DNA of 64,000 nucleotides, from the NCBI GenBank assembly GCA_913009655.1, contig CAJVWI010000007.1, forward strand, positions 3,682-67,681, written 5' to 3'. The notes under the pieces are model-generated. The model saw nothing but the letters and a program-made list of their open reading frames with translations. It was not told the DNA's origin and did not search any database. The position numbers were made by a program, and so were the translations under genes. How positions within the stretch are numbered: the first letter of the stretch is position 1; every line of letters starts with the position of its first letter. Positions 57,016 to 64,000 of the stretch are shown in pieces. This DNA is from an uncultured Cryomorphaceae bacterium (GTDB lineage: Bacteria; Bacteroidota; Bacteroidia; Flavobacteriales; Schleiferiaceae).

Positions 57016-58349
57016 TGTCAAAAATATTCCAATGGAGAGAAAATGTACCATTGGCTCTTCCGGTAATTATCGGTCAATTAGGTCATATTGTTACATCTGT
57101 TGCAGATTCAATTATGGTTGGTCAACTGGGAGTTATTTCACTTGCAGCGGTTTCTTTGGCGGGATCAATAACTTCAGTTCCTCTTGTCTTTGGTATTGGA
57201 GTAGCCTATGGTCTGACTCCTCTTGTTGCCAGGGCATATGGTCAAAAAAGATGGGGTAAGGCATATCGATTACTTAAGAATTCTACCTTAATCAATCTTT
57301 TGACTTCTGTAATAATGTTCCTTTTCGCTTGGTTATTATTTCTTTTTGTTCAAAATACGAATCAGTCCATTGAGGTTATTGAAGAGAGTAAGGTCTATTT
57401 GATTTTAATTATGATTTCATATATTCCATTTATGCTTTTTCTTTCGGGTAAGCAGTATTTAGAGGGCATGGGCGATACTTCAACTCCGATGAGAATAAGC
57501 TTGATAGGTAATTTATTAAATGTTTTACTTAACGGATTATTAATCTTTGGGTTATTTTATTTTCCGGTTCTGGGAATAATAGGTGCTGGTATTGCTACAA
57601 TAATTGCAAGAATTATTATGGCAATTCATGTCTGGTATTTTGTTTTTGAAAAAAGAAATAATTATAAAATAGTACAAGACAATGTCATGATTTCAATTAG
57701 AGCAATTAGGTCTCTGTTAAAATTGGGATTGCCATCAGGTTTACAATATGTATTTGAAGTAAGTGCATTTGCAGCAAGCGCATGGATAATTGGCACATAC
57801 GGACCGCGCCAGCTTGCTGCTCACCAAATAGCCATTAATCTTGCATCGATATCATATATGGCAGCAACAGGACTAGGCGCAGCGGGAACTGTAAGAATGG
57901 GACAATTACTGGGCGCAAAGAGGGGAGGGGAAGCTTTAAATGCTGGGAAAAGTTTATTGTTTTTAACAATAGCTTTTATGACTTTTACGGGAATATTATT
58001 TTTCACCCTTAGAAATATTCTTCCTTCATTTTATACAGCTGATTTGGATGTGATTTCAGCAGCAGCTTCTTTATTAATAATAGCTACGATTTTTCAAATA
58101 AGCGATGGACTTCAGGCTACAGCGCTAGGAGTTCTAAGGGGTATGCAAGATGTTAAAATCCCCACGGTTATTTCCTTTGTTTCATATTATTTGATTGCTT
58201 TACCATTAGAATGGTTACTAGGAAGCTATTTTGATTGGGGAGCAGTTGGAGTCTGGGCAGCCCTAGCCATCGGTCTAACTTTAAGTGCATACTTACTAAT
58301 AAGGAGATTTTACAATCAGATAGGAATCGTTGCTTTTAAGAATACTTAG
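57015..58349 (+). CDS. MATE-family efflux transporter
   Basis: ORF track gives 57012..58349 with a TTG start; I use ATG 57015. It has 12 TM helices. The N-terminus LALPVIIGQLGHIVTSVADSIMVGQLG and the later ISDGLQATALGVLRGMQDVK are typical of NorM-like MATE proteins. Confidence 0.85.
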   Translation: MSKIFQWRENVPLALPVIIGQLGHIVTSVADSIMVGQLGVISLAAVSLAGSITSVPLVFGIGVAYGLTPLVARAYGQKRWGKAYRLLKNSTLINLLTSVIMFLFAWLLFLFVQNTNQSIEVIEESKVYLILIMISYIPFMLFLSGKQYLEGMGDTSTPMRISLIGNLLNVLLNGLLIFGLFYFPVLGIIGAGIATIIARIIMAIHVWYFVFEKRNNYKIVQDNVMISIRAIRSLLKLGLPSGLQYVFEVSAFAASAWIIGTYGPRQLAAHQIAINLASISYMAATGLGAAGTVRMGQLLGAKRGGEALNAGKSLLFLTIAFMTFTGILFFTLRNILPSFYTADLDVISAAASLLIIATIFQISDGLQATALGVLRGMQDVKIPTVISFVSYYLIALPLEWLLGSYFDWGAVGVWAALAIGLTLSAYLLIRRFYNQIGIVAFKNT

Positions 58350-59490
58350 AAGCCTCCTCTGCTAAAACCGGATTTGATCCAAGGATGTGCAGTCGTTCAA
58401 CTACATTTCGAAGCTCTCTCACATTACCAGTCCAGTTTGCAGCTTGCAGGTGATCTATGGCTTCTTGTGAAAAGGTTTTTTCCCCGGAACCTTGATTTAT
58501 CAGACTTTTTAAAAAATGATCAATAAGATCTGGAATATCTTGGCGTCTTTTATTTAGAGATGGAACATCTATTACAATGACGCTCAAACGGTGATAAAGA
58601 TCCTCTCTGAATCGTCCGGAGTTTATCTCTTCTTTAATATTTTTATTAGTTGCTGCAATGATTCGAACATTCACCGAAATAGATTTTCCGGATCCGACTG
58701 GTGTTATTTGATTTTCTTGAAGAGCACGTAAAACTTTTGCCTGTGCAGAAAGACTCATATCGCCTATTTCGTCTAAAAATAATGTCCCACCATGTGCCAA
58801 TTCAAATTTCCCCTTGCGGTCTTTTATTGCTGAAGTAAATGAACCTTTTACGTGTCCAAATAACTCTGACTCAATTAATTCAGAGGGTATTGCAGCACAA
58901 TTAACCTCTATAAAAGATTGTTTGGATCTGGCGCTGAGTTGATGTAATTGATTCGCAACAATTTCTTTTCCTGAGCCATTTGGACCAATTATTAAAACAC
59001 GTGCATCCGTAGGTGCAACTTTTTTGATCATATTTCTCACAGTCTCCAGGGACTTTGACTTGCCGATCATAGCAAATTTATTATCAACTTTTATACGTAA
59101 TCGTTTATTTTCTTGTAATAGGACTTTTCGATCAATAGCCTGTCTAATTGTTGTTACAAGTCTATTTAAATCTGGTGGCTTGGCTATATAATCATAAGCA
59201 CCTTTTTTTATGCATGCTACTGCCGTATCAATATCACCATGGCCAGAAATCATTATTGTAGGGGTGTCACCATAATTGTCCATTATGAATTCTAATACTT
59301 CTATGCCGTCTTTTTTAGGCATTTTGATATCACAAAGAACCAGATCGAAAGTATTAGCATTTAGTTTGTTTAAACCCATCTCGCCATCTTCAGCTTCAAA
59401 TATTTCATGCGAGTTATCCTCATTCATAAGAATGTTTCGTAGGACATTCCGAATTGCTTTTTCGTCTTCAACGATTAGTATACGCGCCAT
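58336..59490 (-). CDS. response regulator with a sigma-54-interaction AAA+ domain, lacking a C-terminal HTH
   Basis: 384 aa. Receiver domain (ILIVEDE, LVLCDIKMP). AAA+ domain with Walker A GPNGSGKE, GSFTSA in place of GAFTGA, Walker B LFLDEIGDM, and GNVRELRN. Only 22 residues follow GNVRELRN. Confidence 0.8.
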   Translation of the reverse strand: MARILIVEDEKAIRNVLRNILMNEDNSHEIFEAEDGEMGLNKLNANTFDLVLCDIKMPKKDGIEVLEFIMDNYGDTPTIMISGHGDIDTAVACIKKGAYDYIAKPPDLNRLVTTIRQAIDRKVLLQENKRLRIKVDNKFAMIGKSKSLETVRNMIKKVAPTDARVLIIGPNGSGKEIVANQLHQLSARSKQSFIEVNCAAIPSELIESELFGHVKGSFTSAIKDRKGKFELAHGGTLFLDEIGDMSLSAQAKVLRALQENQITPVGSGKSISVNVRIIAATNKNIKEEINSGRFREDLYHRLSVIVIDVPSLNKRRQDIPDLIDHFLKSLINQGSGEKTFSQEAIDHLQAANWTGNVRELRNVVERLHILGSNPVLAEEASKYS

Positions 59491-59499
59491 GAATAATTC

Positions 59500-60333
59500 T
59501 TATTTGTTATGCATCCATACATCCATTTGAGGAAATGCGATGGTAATATTATTATCCCGGAATGCCTGATCAATCGAGTACCTTAATTCAGATTTTGTAA
59601 ATTCTATTCGAAATAAGTTTGAACTATGAAAATTAGCATTGAATTCTAGAGAACTGCTTCCGAAGTTAGAGAACTGAATTGAAGGAGCTGGTTTAGCGTG
59701 GACATCATGATGATCTTTAAGACATTTTATTAAAACTTCTTCAACTAATCTTGTATCCGAACCATATGCAACTCCCACAGCAATATGAAAACGTGTTGAT
59801 TTATTTTGATGACTCCAATTAATGACTCCTTGATTGGTTAATTTGCTATTTGGAAGGATGACGGAAATATCATCTCGAGTTAATATTTTGGTTGTCCGAA
59901 GGCCTAACTCCTTAACGATCCCAATCATTCCATCAATTTCAATAATATCTCCTGCAGATATACTTCTTTCAGTCAGTAGAATAATTCCTGATATAAAATC
60001 TCTAAATGTATCTTGTAACCCGAGCCCTAATCCAACAAAAAGAGCAGTTGAATATGCTAAAATTACAGTAATCTCTATTCCCGAAAAGTCAAGTGTGAAT
60101 AATATTGTTATGATCCAAATGAAATAATTGAATAATAGCCTTAAGGAATACGCGGTTCCGTGATCCACTCTTTTTCGAGATACTGCCCGAGTAAATATTC
60201 GCTTGATTGAATATGTTAATAATCTCGCAAATGAAAGAATAACAAAGACTTGAATAATATCAAATAGCGTGACACTGATGCTGTCATATTTGAAAAGCAC
60301 TAATTCAAGAAAGTCAGAAAAGGACATATTCAT
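59500..60333 (-). CDS. mechanosensitive ion channel (MscS family)
   Basis: 277 aa. Three N-terminal TM helices are followed by the MscS beta-domain pattern (GDIIEIDGMIGIVKELGLRTTKILTRDD..). Confidence 0.8.
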   Translation of the reverse strand: MNMSFSDFLELVLFKYDSISVTLFDIIQVFVILSFARLLTYSIKRIFTRAVSRKRVDHGTAYSLRLLFNYFIWIITILFTLDFSGIEITVILAYSTALFVGLGLGLQDTFRDFISGIILLTERSISAGDIIEIDGMIGIVKELGLRTTKILTRDDISVILPNSKLTNQGVINWSHQNKSTRFHIAVGVAYGSDTRLVEEVLIKCLKDHHDVHAKPAPSIQFSNFGSSSLEFNANFHSSNLFRIEFTKSELRYSIDQAFRDNNITIAFPQMDVWMHNK

Positions 60334-60340
60334 TTGTTTA

Positions 60341-61666
60341 TTATTTTCTCCGTAGCCACTTGTAAAGGTCTTTATAACTTGCTTTCTTTCCGTAAGTTAA
60401 GATTCCTACGCGATATATTTTTGCTGAAATCCAAGTTGTCCCAAGAAACCCTGTAATTAATAACAGCATACTCAAAACAATCTCCCAAGTTTGAACACCT
60501 CCAAAAGGAAGTCTTACCATCATTGCCAAAGGTGATGAAAACGGTATAAATGACAACCACATTGCTAGAGATCCATTGGGTTCTTGCATCATTGTCATAG
60601 TTAGCATTAAGGTTATTAATAACGGAATTGTTAAGGGTATCATGAATTGCTGGGTGTCAGCTTCAGCATCAACAGCTGATCCTACGGCAGCAAATAATGC
60701 TCCATAAAGGAGATACCCCCCGAGAAAATAAAAAATAAAAAATCCTATGAGACTCGCAATATTCAAGCTATTTATGCCCTCAATAATTTGGTTAATAGTT
60801 CCTTGATTTCCTCCATTTTTCATTTCTCCTGCACTACTTATTTGAGCTGATGTGATTTGAGTAATATCTGATTCCAGTATAAGGCTTCCGGCAATGTAAT
60901 ATATTAAAGTGCTGAAAGTAATTAAAATTAAAAATTGTAAAAGTCCCACACCTGCAATGCCTATTATTTTACCCAAAAGAAGCTGTGTGGGTTTTACCGA
61001 TGTTATTATTACTTCAATTATTCTCGAAGTTTTTTCTTCTATTACACCTCGCATTATTTGTGCGGCATAGAGAAAAACAAACATATAAATGAAAAAAGAA
61101 GCACCGAACCCGATAGCCATTTTTAGCAAAAGAGAACTGGCTTCAGATCCATTTTCTGTTAAGTTTAAGTTTTTAATATTTACAACTGTAGTTGAGTTTT
61201 TTACAATGGAGGGATCAACCCCATTGATTTTTAACTTTTCCTCAGTAGCTAATTTCCCTAGGCGCCTTTCTATATCCCGGGTTAGATCTATCCCAATATC
61301 ACCTTTTGAGTATAATCTTGTATTGCGAAGTATGAAATCTGGATCTCCATTTTCAGAAGGAGGAAGAAATAAAAGACCATCATAAATTTCTTTTTCCCGA
61401 ACTGCTGAGATTGCTAATGTTTCATCAAATTCTTCCGGATTCAGATATTGAAAACTATGCTCTGATATTGTTTCAGTACCAACCAGAAGATAAGAATTAT
61501 CTACAACAAGTAATTTTTTTGGATCTTCATCTCCACCAGACAAAAGGGAAGGAATAACTATGAGTGCCCCTAATCCGATAGGTCCCAAAATTGACATTAT
61601 TAAAAAAGTTTTATTTTTAACCCTTGTCGTAAATTCTCGCAATGCGATAATAATAAATGGACTCAT
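60341..61666 (-). CDS. ABC-2-type transporter permease (NatB-like)
   Basis: 441 aa with one N-terminal TM helix, a large extracytoplasmic domain and five C-terminal TM helices. The start overlaps the ATPase gene stop by 4 nt. Confidence 0.7.
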   Translation of the reverse strand: MSPFIIIALREFTTRVKNKTFLIMSILGPIGLGALIVIPSLLSGGDEDPKKLLVVDNSYLLVGTETISEHSFQYLNPEEFDETLAISAVREKEIYDGLLFLPPSENGDPDFILRNTRLYSKGDIGIDLTRDIERRLGKLATEEKLKINGVDPSIVKNSTTVVNIKNLNLTENGSEASSLLLKMAIGFGASFFIYMFVFLYAAQIMRGVIEEKTSRIIEVIITSVKPTQLLLGKIIGIAGVGLLQFLILITFSTLIYYIAGSLILESDITQITSAQISSAGEMKNGGNQGTINQIIEGINSLNIASLIGFFIFYFLGGYLLYGALFAAVGSAVDAEADTQQFMIPLTIPLLITLMLTMTMMQEPNGSLAMWLSFIPFSSPLAMMVRLPFGGVQTWEIVLSMLLLITGFLGTTWISAKIYRVGILTYGKKASYKDLYKWLRRK

Positions 61667-62574
61667 TTCTTTACAGATTTAATAAAAATATCGTTCATGC
61701 TCGGTATGATTTCTTCAAATCGGATTGTATCTACTTGAGGTGCTAATACACTAATAATTTCAGAGCTATTTAATTTCACACTTTGAATTTCAGCGATACA
61801 AATTCCTTTGTTAAAATCTCTTAAGTTTTGAGATATCTCTACTTGCTCAGGAAGTGAGAGGGTAATAGGTTCATTTGATCGGTATGATAATCTAAAGTTT
61901 CCATTGCGATGTGATTCACGTATTTCATTTACCGTCCCATCCAATATTTTTTCTCCATGGTTGAGTAATGCAATATGACTGCAAAGTTCCTCAACACTCT
62001 CCATCCTATGCGTAGAGAGGACTATTGTTGCACCTTCTTCTTTGATTCTGAGTATTTCGTCTCTAATGAGAGCCGCGTTTACAGGGTCTAAACCGCTAAA
62101 GGGTTCATCAAATATTAGTAGTTTAGGCTCATGAATTACCGTGATAATGAACTGAATTTTTTGAGCCATTCCTTTAGATAATTCTTCAACTTTTTTATCC
62201 CACCAAGTTTCGAGTTCCCATTTTTTGAACCACCAATGAAGTCTTTTTCTCGATTCCTTCCGGCTTAATCCCTTTAATTGGGCTAAATACATGGACTGTT
62301 CTCCGACTTTCATTTTTTTATAAAGCCCTCGTTCTTCTGGAAGGTATCCTATCTGATGACTATGGGAGGAGCGAATATTTTGTCCATAAAAGCTAACCGA
62401 TCCATTATCGGGAGATATAATTTGATTTATGATTCTAAGCAGTGTGGTTTTTCCTGCCCCATTTGGTCCAAGAAGTCCAAAAACACTTCCTTCCGGAATA
62501 CTTATATCTAATGGGTGAAGTGCAACATGATTTTCGTATTGTTTGTCTATACCAAATGATTCGATTGCATTCAT
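61663..62574 (-). CDS. ABC transporter ATP-binding protein (NatA-like)
   Basis: 303 aa. Walker A GPNGAGKTT, signature LSKGMAQK, Walker B LLIFDEPFSGLD. Confidence 0.9.
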   Translation of the reverse strand: MNAIESFGIDKQYENHVALHPLDISIPEGSVFGLLGPNGAGKTTLLRIINQIISPDNGSVSFYGQNIRSSHSHQIGYLPEERGLYKKMKVGEQSMYLAQLKGLSRKESRKRLHWWFKKWELETWWDKKVEELSKGMAQKIQFIITVIHEPKLLIFDEPFSGLDPVNAALIRDEILRIKEEGATIVLSTHRMESVEELCSHIALLNHGEKILDGTVNEIRESHRNGNFRLSYRSNEPITLSLPEQVEISQNLRDFNKGICIAEIQSVKLNSSEIISVLAPQVDTIRFEEIIPSMNDIFIKSVKK

Positions 62575-64000
62575 ATTGTTTCGCTTAATACTGGTTGATG
62601 ATTTTTGATGCTTTCCAAAGTTATAAAAGCTTCATGCACAGAATTGATACTGTCCACAATTATTGATAATCGGTTTGTTTGTTTCATTCTAAACCTTTTG
62701 GGATCTTTTGATATTTTGGATAGAAAAGCAGAAATTATTTTTTCTGAAGGTTTCTTTGATTCGCTATTTGGAAAATGCGCAATCATCTTACTGCCTTTTA
62801 AAATTATTTTCTCCAGGCCTAAATCGTTTCCAAGCCATTTGAGTTTCATTGACTCAAGTAAATCTCTTGCTTGCCTTGGCATGGGTCCGAACCTATCTTC
62901 TATTCCTTTTGCAAAATCATGAAGTTTAAAGTCATCATTAACACTGTTCAAATCACGATAAATTTTTAGTCGTTCTTCAACAAAATTGATATACTTATCT
63001 GGAAATAGTAGCTCTAAGTCAGTATCGAGTTGACATTCAACCTTATTTTCTTTTAGCCCACCTTTTTGATTTTCATAAATTTCCTTAAAATCTTCATTTT
63101 TCAATTCATTAACTGCTTCTGAGAGAAGCCTCTGGTATGTTTCAAATCCCAAGTCATTTATAAATCCACTTTGCTCACCTCCCAATAGGTCTCCAGCTCC
63201 TCTGATTTCAAGATCTCTTAAAGCAATTTTAAATCCAGATCCTAAATCAGAAAACTGCTCAAGCGCTTGTAGTCTTTTTCTCGACTCATCAGGGAGGCCA
63301 ATTATAGGTGGAGATATCAGATAGCAGAATGCCTTTTTATTTGACCTTCCTACTCTGCCTCTCATCTGGTGTAAATCGCTGAGACCAAATCTATGTGCTT
63401 GGTTAATGATCATAGTGTTCGCTGTGGGAACGTCAAGCCCGCTTTCTACAATTGTTGTGCTCACAAGAATATCATATTTACCAGCCATAAAGTCCACTAA
63501 AATATCTTCAAGATCTTTGCCCTTCATTTTTCCATGCCCAATTGCTATTTTAACGTCTGGCAGCAGTCTTTGCAGGGTTCCTGCGATTTCTTTGATATTT
63601 TCGACTCGATTATGAATAAAAAAAGCTTGCCCCCCTCGGCTGACTTCATAATTAAGAATATCACGTATTTTCTCTTCTTTAAAACCAATAATTTGAGTAT
63701 CAATGGGCTGTCTATTTTCTGGAGGGGTATTCATAACACTCAAATCTCTTGCAGCCATTAATGAGAATTGCATTGTTCTTGGAATTGGAGTAGCAGTAAG
63801 GGTCAAAGTGTCTACATTGACTTTTAAAGTTTTCAGTTTGTCTTTTACGTTAACTCCAAATTTTTGCTCTTCATCAATTATAAGTAGGCCTAAATCTTTA
63901 AAATTCACATCTTTACTAACAAGCTTATGGGTTCCAATAAGTATATCAACTTTCCCATCGGTCAAATCCTTCAGTATGAATTTTAAATCTCTGCTGCTCC
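62571..64000 (-). CDS. mfd: transcription-repair coupling factor, C-terminal part (gene continues beyond the window edge)
   Basis: The reading frame stays open from 63965 to position 64000 (..SSRDLKFILKDLTDGKVDILIGTHKL). Helicase motifs IIDEEQKFG, LTATPIPRT and QMRGRVGRS, plus the C-terminal TRCF domain. Confidence 0.94.
   Translation of the reverse strand, partial: SSRDLKFILKDLTDGKVDILIGTHKLVSKDVNFKDLGLLIIDEEQKFGVNVKDKLKTLKVNVDTLTLTATPIPRTMQFSLMAARDLSVMNTPPENRQPIDTQIIGFKEEKIRDILNYEVSRGGQAFFIHNRVENIKEIAGTLQRLLPDVKIAIGHGKMKGKDLEDILVDFMAGKYDILVSTTIVESGLDVPTANTMIINQAHRFGLSDLHQMRGRVGRSNKKAFCYLISPPIIGLPDESRKRLQALEQFSDLGSGFKIALRDLEIRGAGDLLGGEQSGFINDLGFETYQRLLSEAVNELKNEDFKEIYENQKGGLKENKVECQLDTDLELLFPDKYINFVEERLKIYRDLNSVNDDFKLHDFAKGIEDRFGPMPRQARDLLESMKLKWLGNDLGLEKIILKGSKMIAHFPNSESKKPSEKIISAFLSKISKDPKRFRMKQTNRLSIIVDSINSVHEAFITLESIKNHQPVLSETI

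Noticed and set aside
1-64000. A search for mobile elements, prophage, CRISPR, toxin-antitoxin or defence islands.
   Set aside because: I recognised no transposase, integrase, recombinase, Cas, restriction-modification or toxin-like proteins. There are no repeat arrays, no tRNA integration sites and no obvious compositional break. The whole window reads as housekeeping core genome.

Overview
This is an AT-rich, very gene-dense chromosomal segment that reads as core genome of a small or streamlined member of Bacteroidota, most likely Flavobacteriia. The taxonomic evidence is gldF/gldG gliding-motility ABC genes, a PorQ-like barrel, a cargo protein with a T9SS C-terminal sorting domain, TAnnTTTG -7 promoter boxes and no Shine-Dalgarno sequences. 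I call 57 protein-coding genes; the last, mfd, runs off the right edge. Almost all are housekeeping: accA, tgt, rsmG, pruA, dnaN, purC, serC/serA, L31, lon, cmk, psd, cdsA, ftsH, rsfS, birA, pyrE, coaD, ddl, rluD, purL, pheT, recG, mfd. All calls rest on motifs I recognise in the supplied translations; no searches were run. I find no rRNA, tRNA, CRISPR array, transposase/integrase, prophage or recognisable defence genes. Genes are packed with many 1-35 nt overlaps. Nine of ten convergent gene pairs are 16 bp apart or less, or overlap. I do not see a convincing novel multi-gene system, and this looks like an ordinary core region. The points most worth a second look are: (1) the single outlier 453-bp non-coding gap at 6014-6466; (2) a DUF1015 gene wedged into a serC-serA-yggS block; (3) an orphan sigma-54-type activator with no DNA-binding domain and a degenerate GAFTGA loop; (4) a very acidic 77-aa ORF translationally coupled to a MATE transporter; (5) a two-in-one glycosyltransferase beside a priming phosphotransferase; (6) unusual promoter and start-codon geometry, with overlapping divergent start codons, interleaved divergent -7 boxes and probably leaderless mRNAs. 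Several ORF-track starts (TTG/GTG) appear to be artefacts of the TTTG in the -7 box, and I moved those to the next ATG.
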